Source: Armatimonadota bacterium (GTDB lineage Bacteria > Armatimonadota > Fimbriimonadia > Fimbriimonadales > GBS-DC). Taken from it: a DNA stretch of 18,265 bases. The notes below the pieces were generated by a model. That model had not been told where the DNA came from, did not search any database, and worked only from the letters and a program-made list of their open reading frames with translations. The translations under genes and the position numbers were made by a program. Every line of letters starts with the position of its first letter. Position 1 is the first letter of the stretch. Positions 1 through 7,293 of this stretch are shown here, piece after piece. The stretch is taken from the NCBI GenBank assembly GCA_037445735.1, contig JBBIJY010000037.1, forward strand, positions 1 to 18,265, in the 5' to 3' direction.

Positions 1-710
1 ACCAACCCATCACGACCCCCCGTTATCAAACGCCGCGTCGCAGGGTCATACGCCAGCGCCGTCACCGCGCCCCCGTGCGCCCCCGACACCACCACAGGAC
101 TCAAACTCGTCGCATTATAGTCCAGCAACACGATCCGCAGGTTCCCCAAACCATCTCCCGACACCACCAAACGATTATAACGCCGATCCCCACGATCCCC
201 ACGCAACACCAATACCGTACTCAAAGAATATATATCGACAGAAAAAAGCGAATTCCATCCGCTTATCGCCCACTCCTTCGGCGCCTCCAGATAACCCCCC
301 CGAAACGCCAGCGGATCCCGCACCCAGCGCCACATCCGGATGCTGTTCCCATACGACGCCACCACATACTCCTTGTTCGCCTCATCCCGATCCGTGAAAA
401 ACGACACCGCCTGCGGACAATAGTCATAACTCACCAGCGCGTGCCCCTTCGGCGTGGACGGATCCAGCAACTCCTGTGTCCGAAACACCATCGCCAGATA
501 CCCGTCCGCGCTCGCTGCCAGCAAATACGCCCCGTCCTCCGTGAACGCCACGGGCATCACATTAGTCGTCGCCGCCATATGCCACTGCAAGCTGGGACGA
601 TACGGCGGGTCTTGACCCCAAACCGCTCGCGGCGCTGTTCCCATGATCAACGCCGCAATCAAAGCCGCACCGACACCTACCTGATTCAACCGCTTGCTCA
701 TGCGCCTCAT
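1..710 (-). CDS. Secreted WD40/beta-propeller repeat protein (5' part; runs off the window edge)
   Basis: Not in the ORF track because there is no stop inside the window. I translated it by hand: MRRMSKRLNQVGVGAALIAALIMGTAPRAVWGQDPP..., with a signal-peptide-like N-terminus. It contains 'VMPVAFTEDGAYLLAASADG' and a canonical WD40 segment 'GAHGGAVTALAYDPATRRLITGGRDGL'. RBS AAGGAGGT at 716-723 (minus), 5 nt before the ATG at 710. Confidence 0.85.
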   Translation of the reverse strand, partial: MRRMSKRLNQVGVGAALIAALIMGTAPRAVWGQDPPYRPSLQWHMAATTNVMPVAFTEDGAYLLAASADGYLAMVFRTQELLDPSTPKGHALVSYDYCPQAVSFFTDRDEANKEYVVASYGNSIRMWRWVRDPLAFRGGYLEAPKEWAISGWNSLFSVDIYSLSTVLVLRGDRGDRRYNRLVVSGDGLGNLRIVLLDYNATSLSPVVVSGAHGGAVTALAYDPATRRLITGGRDGL

Positions 711-876
711 TGGTGACCTCCTTCCTGATTAGTATGTAAAATTTGGTACAGCTTGGGTACTGCGAAATTGGTGCTGCAGCAAGGTACATCGACTGCGTGG
801 CTGAAGTTTATGCGGAAGAAAGAAGCCCAAAGTGTCCTCTTTCCCACAGCACAAGATCAGCCCTAAACTGCTCCCT

Positions 877-906
877 ATTATACCCCATTTCGGGGGCGTT
901 TGTCAA
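877..906 (-). promoter_or_regulatory. Consensus sigma70 promoter, copy 1
   Basis: Minus strand reads TTGACA-N18-TATAAT (-35 at 901-906, -10 at 877-882), pointing at the WD40 gene. Confidence 0.85.
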
Positions 907-940
907 GGGGTCAGGGCATTTTCCCCCTGATTTGCCCTCT

Positions 941-970
941 ATTATACCCCATTTCGGGGGCGTTTGTCAA
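941..970 (-). promoter_or_regulatory. Consensus sigma70 promoter, copy 2
   Basis: Identical TTGACA-N18-TATAAT, 64 bp upstream of copy 1. Confidence 0.85.
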
Positions 971-977
971 GGGGTCA

Positions 978-1138
978 GGAGGCTGTTCGAAAAATCCAAC
1001 CAGAGGAAAGGCTGCCCCTCACCCCGACCCTCTCCCCAGCGGGGAGAGGGAGTTTATCAGCCGCAGGCGGGGGAGAGGGTGCGGGTGAGGGGGCTTCACT
1101 CAGGTCGATATTATGCCCCGAATTTTCGAACACCCTCC
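978..1138. mobile_element. MITE-like element: 16-bp terminal inverted repeats enclosing a REP doublet
   Basis: ggaggctgttcgaaaa (978-993) and ttttcgaacaccctcc (1123-1138) are inverted repeats at 15/16 positions. There is no transposase, and I could not identify a target-site duplication. Confidence 0.55.
1016..1093. repeat. REP-like palindromic repeats (inverted pair)
   Basis: ccctcaccccgaccctctccccagcggggagaggg (1016-1050) and an inverted partial copy gggggagagggtgcgggtgaggggg (1069-1093). The same family occurs at 5415-5563 and 18080-18265. Confidence 0.85.
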
Positions 1139-1190
1139 AAAACAGGAAGTTTCTGCGGGAAGACGAATGTAGAGAGTGGGGAGACGCTGA

Positions 1191-2183
1191 ATGGCAACCG
1201 TTTACACGGACGCGAATGCGCCGATGGAGATTCTGCAGGGTAAGACCATCGCGCTGATTGGCTACGGCTCGCAGGGTCATGCGCAGGCGCTGAACCTGCG
1301 CGATAGCGGGCTGAATGTGATTATCGGCGTGCGGCAGGGTGGCTCGTGGGAGCGCGCGCAAGCCGATGGCTTCCCTGTCATGAGTGTGCCTGAAGCCGTC
1401 GCTGAAGCCGATGTGATTATGATGCTGATTAATGATGAGCAGCAGCCGCGCGTCTATACCGAATCGATCGCGCCCGCTTTACGCTCTGGCGTTGCGCTCG
1501 GCTTCGCGCACGGGTTCAACATTCACTACGGTCAGATTGTGCCGCCGCCCGATATCGATGTGTTCATGGTCTCGCCGAAAGCGGTTGGTCCCCAGCTGCG
1601 GCGGCTGTTTGTGGCGGGGCACGGCGCACCCTGCCTGATTGCCATCCATCAGGACTACACGGGCAGCGCGAAGGCGATTGCGCTCGCTTACGCGCGGGCG
1701 CTGGGCGGCACGCGCGCGGGCGTCTACGAGACCACCTTCCGCGAGGAGTGCGAGAGCGACCTGTTCGGCGAGCAGGCGGTGCTGTGCGGCGGCGTGCCCG
1801 CGCTGATCAAAGCCGCCTTCGAAACGCTCGTTGAGGCGGGCTACCAGCCCGAAATCGCCTACTTCGAATGCCTGCACGAGCTGAAACTGATTGTCGATCT
1901 CATCTACGAGAGTGGCATCAGCGGCATGCAGTTCGCCATCTCCGACACGGCGCAGTACGGCGCGATGACGCGCGGTCCGCGCCTGATCAGCGACCCGGTG
2001 CGCGCCGAGCTGAGGCGGATTTTAGAGGAGATTCGCACGGGTCAGTTCGCGCGGGAGTGGCTGCTGGAGAATCAGGTTGGTCGCCCCGTGTTTAACGCGC
2101 TCGCCCGCGCCGAAGCGGAACATCCCATCGAACAGGTCGGGCGCGAGGTGCGCAACCGCATGAACGAGCTGAAACAGCAATGA
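1191..2183 (+). CDS. ilvC: Ketol-acid reductoisomerase (NADP+), class I
   Basis: 330 aa with [55 protein letters not shown] and SDTAQYG. Confidence 0.98.
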   Translation: MATVYTDANAPMEILQGKTIALIGYGSQGHAQALNLRDSGLNVIIGVRQGGSWERAQADGFPVMSVPEAVAEADVIMMLINDEQQPRVYTESIAPALRSGVALGFAHGFNIHYGQIVPPPDIDVFMVSPKAVGPQLRRLFVAGHGAPCLIAIHQDYTGSAKAIALAYARALGGTRAGVYETTFREECESDLFGEQAVLCGGVPALIKAAFETLVEAGYQPEIAYFECLHELKLIVDLIYESGISGMQFAISDTAQYGAMTRGPRLISDPVRAELRRILEEIRTGQFAREWLLENQVGRPVFNALARAEAEHPIEQVGREVRNRMNELKQQ

Positions 2184-2992
2184 GATACGCGCTTTGCCAC
2201 GAGGTGCTGCGCCACCTGAGCTTCGAATCGGCGTGTCGGCTGATTGCTGAGTCGGGCTATGAGGGGATTGAGCTGGCGCCACTGGTGTTCGCGCCGTCGG
2301 TGGAGCAGATTGACGCCGATACCCGTGCGGCGATTCGGTGCACGGCACAGGCGTTCGGCTTGCAGATTGTGGGGCTGCATATGCTGTTGTGGGGTCGGGA
2401 CGACCTGCATGTGGCGCATCCCGACCCAGAGGTTCGCCGTCGCACGGCGGACTATCTGGTGGAGCTGGTGCATTTTGCGGAGGCGGTTGGCGCGCCGCTG
2501 ATGGTGTTCGGCTCGCCGAAACAGCGACGCACGCTCCCACCTCTCACGCCCACCGATGCGTTGCAACTCTGGCTCGATACACTCCAGCCTGCCCTGCGCG
2601 AGTGCGAGCGCGCCGGGATTATCATCCTGCTGGAGCCGTTGCCGCCGTCCGAGACCGATGTGCTGAACACGCTGGGCGAGGCGGTCGCCCTGCTGGAGCA
2701 GGTGCAGCACCCCGCGCTGGGCACAATGCTCGATGTCAAAAGCGCGCTCGCGGAGACCGACGATGTGCCCGCGCTCATCCGCCGCTACGCGCCCTACCTG
2801 CACCATGTGCATCTGAACGACAGGGATATGCGCGCGCCGGGCTTCGGACCGACCGACTTCGCGCCGATCCTGCAGGCGTTGCGCGAGGTGAACTACGCCG
2901 GCTGGTGTTCGCTGGAGCCGCTCGATTACACGCCCGATCCCGAACGGATTACCCGCGAGTCGATTCGATATCTGCGGAGCGGGTATGATTAA
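2180..2992 (+). CDS. Sugar phosphate isomerase/epimerase family TIM-barrel protein (D-psicose/D-tagatose 3-epimerase-like)
   Basis: 270 aa with [31 protein letters not shown] and SLEP metal-ligand motifs. ATGA overlap with the ilvC stop suggests translational coupling. Confidence 0.85.
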   Translation: MRYALCHEVLRHLSFESACRLIAESGYEGIELAPLVFAPSVEQIDADTRAAIRCTAQAFGLQIVGLHMLLWGRDDLHVAHPDPEVRRRTADYLVELVHFAEAVGAPLMVFGSPKQRRTLPPLTPTDALQLWLDTLQPALRECERAGIIILLEPLPPSETDVLNTLGEAVALLEQVQHPALGTMLDVKSALAETDDVPALIRRYAPYLHHVHLNDRDMRAPGFGPTDFAPILQALREVNYAGWCSLEPLDYTPDPERITRESIRYLRSGYD

Positions 2993-3015
2993 CCCATCTA
3001 TCGTGGGCTGTGAGA

Positions 3016-3036
3016 GGGGCGAGGGCGCCTCGCCCC
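3016..3036. terminator. GC-rich hairpin after the ilvC operon (possible terminator or mRNA stabiliser)
   Basis: ggggcgagg-gcg-cctcgcccc, a 9-bp stem with no U-tract. Confidence 0.35.
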
Positions 3037-3067
3037 GGCGCATCTAAAGACCGTGTGCGCCCCAGGT

Positions 3068-3205
3068 CGTGCTGGGGCTATGTCTCAAAAGCGGCTTTTG
3101 AGACGAGTTGGGGGAAGTCCGGTGAGAGTCCGGCGCTGTGCCGCAACGGTAAGCCTCCTGCCGCCCTGAGGGCGCAGAGGGGACAAGCCCGAATGCCCAG
3201 CCACG
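3068..3205 (+). ncRNA. Cobalamin (B12) riboswitch aptamer
   Basis: Conserved core GGGAA-gtcCGGTGAGAGTCCGGcgCTGTgCCGCAACGGTAA (about 3112-3152) and B12-box AAGCCCGAATGCC (3185-3197). P1 pairs cgtg-ctggg with cccag-c-cacg, and there is a perfect hairpin gtctcaaaag/cttttgagac at 3082-3104. Confidence 0.92.
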
Positions 3206-3288
3206 GTCGACCGCGCTCCCTATCGGGAGCAGCCCTGCGAAGCACAGGGTGCGGTCAGGGAAATAGCGCAAATCCGCTTTTTGCCCTG

Positions 3289-3325
3289 AACGCGCCTGAC
3301 CGGGTGTCGGGCGCGTGTTGCTTTT
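3289..3325 (+). terminator. Intrinsic terminator of the riboswitch expression platform
   Basis: Stem cgcgcctgac/gtcgggcgcg followed by tgttgctttt, just upstream of RBS AAGGAGGT (3343-3350). Confidence 0.6.
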
Positions 3326-3356
3326 AAACCCGCACCCACAGAAAGGAGGTCATGTG

Positions 3357-4370
3357 ATGAACGGACGAAGCATCCTGATCGGGCTAACGCTGCTGTGGGT
3401 GCAGCATGCAGGTTCGCAGGTGGCGGGTTATAGCCCGCCGACAGGCTATCGCGCCTTCTCGCTGGAGCTGAGCGGTGGCGTCGTTGCTGTCAGCCCCTCC
3501 GGGCAGCTGGCGGTCGCACGCGGTCGGTTCGGCGGAGGCGCGACAATCACCGTGTATGACCGCATTCGCCCCGATGGGCGCCAGGTGGTCGCCACCATCA
3601 GCGACAGTCGCTGGCAATTTTTCGGTGGGCTTGTCTGGCGCGACGCGAACACGCTGGTCTTCTCCGAGAACGGCGATCTGGACACCGTGCTGGAGTGGCG
3701 CATCGGCACGGGCGTCGCCCCGCTCGCGCCCGAAGGCTCTATCCCAAACGCGGCGGATGTGTTCATCCTGGGCAATCAGGTGCTGGCGCTCGGTGCGGAT
3801 GGACCCGGCGCGAATCGGCTCTATCGTGTGGCGAACGGCGCCGCCAGCGTGATTATCCACGGCTACGGCAACGGCTACGCAAGCGGCGTGAGCCTGCGCG
3901 GCGGCTGGCTCTATCTGGGCGATACGAACGACCCGCTCTTCGCGGGCAATCCGGGTCAGGTGCTGCGCTACGAGCCGCACTTCGACAGCAACGGCTTGCT
4001 GATTGGCGCCACGCTCGTCGCGACGCTCTCCCTCGCAGGCGGAGGCGGCTCCGGACTGGCGGGATTCGCCTTCGATTCGGAGGGCGATTTAATCGCCAGC
4101 ACGGGTCGCACGCTCACGCAGCTGCGCGGGTCGACGGCGACGCCGTTTGGCATCTTCAGCGGCGCGTATCCGTTTCCAGCGAGCCTTGCTTACTTCGGCG
4201 TGCGCTTCGAGCCGTTCAGCGGCGACGGGCTGTTAATCGTGGACGGCAGCTTCACGGAGGTGGGCGGGCTGTTCGCCATCACGCCCGTGCCGGAGCCGGG
4301 CACGCTCGGCATGCTGATGGCGGGGCTGATGGCGCTCGGCTGGCGTCGCCGCAGGGCACACCGCGCCTGA
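3357..4370 (+). CDS. PEP-CTERM sorting-domain surface protein, beta-rich (probable beta-propeller)
   Basis: Signal peptide MNGRSILIGLTLLWVQHAGS. C-terminus VPEPGTLGMLMAGLMALGWRRRR is PEP plus TM plus basic tail. Blade-like segments VAVSPSGQLAV, LVWRDANTLVFS and FAFDSEGDLIAS. The RBS fixes the start at 3357. Confidence 0.85.
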   Translation: MNGRSILIGLTLLWVQHAGSQVAGYSPPTGYRAFSLELSGGVVAVSPSGQLAVARGRFGGGATITVYDRIRPDGRQVVATISDSRWQFFGGLVWRDANTLVFSENGDLDTVLEWRIGTGVAPLAPEGSIPNAADVFILGNQVLALGADGPGANRLYRVANGAASVIIHGYGNGYASGVSLRGGWLYLGDTNDPLFAGNPGQVLRYEPHFDSNGLLIGATLVATLSLAGGGGSGLAGFAFDSEGDLIASTGRTLTQLRGSTATPFGIFSGAYPFPASLAYFGVRFEPFSGDGLLIVDGSFTEVGGLFAITPVPEPGTLGMLMAGLMALGWRRRRAHRA

Positions 4371-4381
4371 CGGGGTGAACC

Positions 4382-5356
4382 ATGCTCGCACGCGGGCTGA
4401 TTGCTATCGGGCTGGCGATCGCTGTCGCGTCGGCGAGCGCCCAGTATCGGGGCAGTTTCACCGAGCGCGATTTCGCCACGCGCGTGTTCGGCTGGAGCGG
4501 TGTCAACGGCGTGCCGGGCTTCAACACCGACCCGACACAGGTGCTGGGCTATCCGCCGCCGAACGCGACGCCAGGCGTGCCCGATAACACTAAGCTCTTC
4601 TCCTTCGGATGGGGCGGTTTCGTCGAGGTGGGCTTCGACCGCCCCATCCAGAACCTGCCCGCAGGGCTTGACCCGCACAATCCCGACGGCTACGACCTGA
4701 TTGTGTTTGGCAACGCCTTCTCTGTGGGCGGCAACCCCTGTCAGGTGTGGGGCGAGCCAGGCTATGTGGAGGTCGGTATCGACCGAAACGGCAACGGCGT
4801 CCCCGATGGTGGCGACGACTGGTACCTGCTGCTGCCGCGCCATCCCGACCCGCGCGATGCAACGGGCGTCCCGCGCTTCCCGCTGCCCGACCAGTGGTTC
4901 GGCTCGCTCAGCGTATGCCCGACGCCAATCGTGGGCTACGCCGACATCACGCCCATTACCAATCAGGGGCATCCGCTCGTGCCCGATGACCCGTTCACGC
5001 CAGGTATTCAGGGTCTCTCGGCGGGCGGGGACGCCTTCCAGCTGGAATGGGCGGTGGACTGGCAGACGGGTCAGCCCGTCGAGATCGATCAGGCGCAGTT
5101 CGTGCGTATCGTGCATGCAGGCAACGCCCCTCTGGGCGCGTTCGGGCGGTCTTCAACGGAGGTCAGCGCGATTGCGCTCGTGCGTCGCTATGGCGATACC
5201 AGCGCCGACGGCTGTGTGGACGACGCCGACCTGCTGACCGTGCTGTTCGAGTTCGGGCAGCACGGCGCCGCGCTCGCAGCCGATGTCAATCGCGACGGCA
5301 TCGTGGACGACGCCGACCTGCTGATTGTGCTGTTCAACTTCGGCAGCGGGTGTTAG
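4382..5356 (+). CDS. Secreted BtuH-like cell-surface protein (putative cobamide-binding) with C-terminal dockerin-like duplicated Ca-binding repeat
   Basis: Signal peptide ending ASA-Q. The motif series SFGWGGFVEVGFD...GYDLIVFGNAF...EPGYVEV...DRNGNGVPD..DDWYLL resembles the Bacteroides BtuH domain as I recall it. The tail is GDTSADGCVDDADLLTVLFEFG...ADVNRDGIVDDADLLIVLFNFG. Confidence 0.75.
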   Translation: MLARGLIAIGLAIAVASASAQYRGSFTERDFATRVFGWSGVNGVPGFNTDPTQVLGYPPPNATPGVPDNTKLFSFGWGGFVEVGFDRPIQNLPAGLDPHNPDGYDLIVFGNAFSVGGNPCQVWGEPGYVEVGIDRNGNGVPDGGDDWYLLLPRHPDPRDATGVPRFPLPDQWFGSLSVCPTPIVGYADITPITNQGHPLVPDDPFTPGIQGLSAGGDAFQLEWAVDWQTGQPVEIDQAQFVRIVHAGNAPLGAFGRSSTEVSAIALVRRYGDTSADGCVDDADLLTVLFEFGQHGAALAADVNRDGIVDDADLLIVLFNFGSGC

Positions 5357-5414
5357 TTTGCCAACACCGCGAGGCTGTGAACCGCGACAGCATCGTGGAC
5401 AGCCGAGCAGGAAA

Positions 5415-5563
5415 CCCCTCACCCCGACCCTCTCCCCAGCGGGAAGAGGGAGTCGTTCGCCCCTCTCCCCCGCGTGCGGGGGAGAGGGTACGGGTGAGGG
5501 GGCTATATACCGCACGCCTGCAGGAAACCCCTCACCCCAACCCTCTCCCCAGAGGGGAGAGGG
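5415..5563. repeat. REP-like cluster (three copies, alternating orientation) between convergent genes
   Basis: Copies at 5415-5450 (+), 5460-5502 (-) and 5528-5563 (+). Both + copies are preceded by gcaggaaa. Confidence 0.9.
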
Positions 5564-5595
5564 AGCCCGGCTCACAGAGCGCCCACACCCCTTTT

Positions 5596-6975
5596 TTACC
5601 ACCCATAGCGTTCGGGACCCCAGTCGCGATAGATGAGTTCCTGTTTGAGCAGCACCAGTTTGCGGCTGGGGATGTCTTCATAGACCACAATGCCTGCGCC
5701 GACGCAGCTGTACGCGCCAATCTTGACGCCGGGCATGGTGATGACATTCACGCCTGTGCGGGAGAAGTCGCCGAAGTAGGTGCCGTTCGCGCCGAACTCC
5801 GGGCGTTCGCGTCGCCCGCGCACCAGATGGATGGTGTCGCCATCGTCGAACCGCAGGGTGCCGCACACGGTCGCCGCGCCGATGTCCACCCGCTGACCCA
5901 CCACGCCCATAATCTCGCAATAGTGGAACAGGAAGGCGCCGTCGAGCATCACGCCGTCCATTTCGGCGTCGTGCCCCACGATGCAGCCGTTGCCGATGAC
6001 GGTCGTGCCGCTGATGAGGCAGTAGTCGCTGATGCGGCTGCGAGCGCCAATCGCGAGGTTGCCCCTGAGAATCGCGCCGTTGGTGATGCGCGTCTGGCGT
6101 CCGATGAAGGCGTTGCCCGCAATCACCACGCGCCTGCCAATCGATGCGCCCTCCTCCACCACGATGCGCCCCTCAATCTCGGCGGAGTCGTCGATCTGCA
6201 CATCCTTGCCGATGCGGTCGGCGTCAAGCTGCTGGGCTTCCCAGTCGAGCCAGCGGGCGTTCGCCTCCCAGATGTGCCACGGCTTGTCGATGTCCACCAG
6301 GAATCCGTCGGGTTCGACGCAGGGGATGTCGTGCCCCTGGCGGAGCAGCATCGGCAGGCACTCGGCGAGTTCGGCTTCGACGGGCGGCATGCCGCCGACG
6401 GGCACGCTGGTCATCAGTCCCGGATGGGCGTTCAGCACGGGCGCGATATGCGGGCTGAAGGCGAACAGTCCGCCCAGCCGATGGGTGGTGTCCGCGCTGT
6501 GCCCCTCTATGCTCATCAGGCGACCCTCACGCACATAGGCGCCAATCCAGTCGCGCGGGTCATGCTCTGGCAGGTAGGGCTGGGCGACGACCGCCGCGAT
6601 TGCCCCTGTGCGCTGGAAGGTCTCCATCAGGCGGCGAACGGTGCCCGGCGGCGTCGCGATATCGCCATACGCCACGAGGAACGGCTCCTCACCGATCAGG
6701 GGCAGCGCGCTCTGTAAGGCGTATGCTGTGCCTGCGGGCGGGTTCTGACGGATGAAGGCGACGGGGCAGGTCAGATCGTGCAGCGACGCCCGCACAGACG
6801 CCTCGAACGCGCCCACCACCACAATCAGCCGCTCGATGCCACCGGCTATCAGGCTCTCGGCGAGTCGGCGCACATTCGGGCGGTTCATCACGGGGATGGC
6901 AACCTTGTTGCGCACCTCGTTGTAGGGCCAGAATCGCCTGCCCTCGCCTGCAGCCATAATCACCGCCGTCTTCAT
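5596..6975 (-). CDS. Bifunctional sugar-1-phosphate nucleotidyltransferase/acetyltransferase (archaeal GlmU-like)
   Basis: N-terminal IMAAGEGRR..P....NK, VAYGD and DIDKPW motifs. C-terminal hexapeptide (LbH) repeats, with GTLRFDD and FGDFSRTGVNVITMPGVKIG. Confidence 0.85.
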   Translation of the reverse strand: MKTAVIMAAGEGRRFWPYNEVRNKVAIPVMNRPNVRRLAESLIAGGIERLIVVVGAFEASVRASLHDLTCPVAFIRQNPPAGTAYALQSALPLIGEEPFLVAYGDIATPPGTVRRLMETFQRTGAIAAVVAQPYLPEHDPRDWIGAYVREGRLMSIEGHSADTTHRLGGLFAFSPHIAPVLNAHPGLMTSVPVGGMPPVEAELAECLPMLLRQGHDIPCVEPDGFLVDIDKPWHIWEANARWLDWEAQQLDADRIGKDVQIDDSAEIEGRIVVEEGASIGRRVVIAGNAFIGRQTRITNGAILRGNLAIGARSRISDYCLISGTTVIGNGCIVGHDAEMDGVMLDGAFLFHYCEIMGVVGQRVDIGAATVCGTLRFDDGDTIHLVRGRRERPEFGANGTYFGDFSRTGVNVITMPGVKIGAYSCVGAGIVVYEDIPSRKLVLLKQELIYRDWGPERYGW

Positions 6976-6987
6976 AGGGCGACCCCT

Positions 6988-7293
6988 TTACGGCAAGCGG
7001 ATTGCGGACTGGTTCTCGCGTGTGGTCTCCAGTGCGCGCACGCGCTCCTGCAGGTTCTCCAGATTTTCCTGCAGGCTCATGTCGTACTCGGTGGAGGTAC
7101 GGCGCAGTTCGGCAAGCTCGCGGCGCAGCGCTTCGATCTGCGCGATCAGCTCCTGGTTTGCCACCGCGCGCCGCTCCAGCTCCATCCGCGCCATGTCCTT
7201 GCGATGCTTCAGCACCATCGCTGTCACCGGGATAATGACAGCAGGTCCGAAGATAAACAGCACAGCGACCAGTCCTGTCAGTTCGCCAATCAT
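6988..7293 (-). CDS. Small single-pass membrane protein with cytoplasmic coiled coil (hypothetical)
   Basis: 101 aa. Hydrophobic LVAVLFIFGPAVIIPVTAMVL is followed by heptad-rich LIAQIEALRRELAELRR...LQERVRALE. ATGA overlap with the upstream gene. Confidence 0.75.
   Translation of the reverse strand: MIGELTGLVAVLFIFGPAVIIPVTAMVLKHRKDMARMELERRAVANQELIAQIEALRRELAELRRTSTEYDMSLQENLENLQERVRALETTRENQSAIRLP

Larger units (their letters stand above)
875..979. repeat. Exact 41-bp direct repeat (875-915 and 939-979)
   Basis: ctattataccccatttcgggggcgtttgtcaaggggtcagg occurs twice with a 64-bp period. Confidence 0.95.

Noticed and set aside
75-716. 213-aa plus-strand ORF
   Set aside because: Antisense shadow of the WD40 gene, with R/H/P/I-rich composition and no RBS.
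875-979. Mini CRISPR array
   Set aside because: Only two units with a 23-bp gap and no cas genes. The repeat is fully explained as a -35/-10 promoter block.
743-1361. Short ORFs across the promoter and REP region (e.g. PLTPTLSPAGRG peptides)
   Set aside because: These are translations of the repeats and show no coding features.
5047-6717. 556-aa plus-strand ORF
   Set aside because: It reads through REPs and lies antisense to the GlmU-like gene, a typical high-GC shadow ORF.
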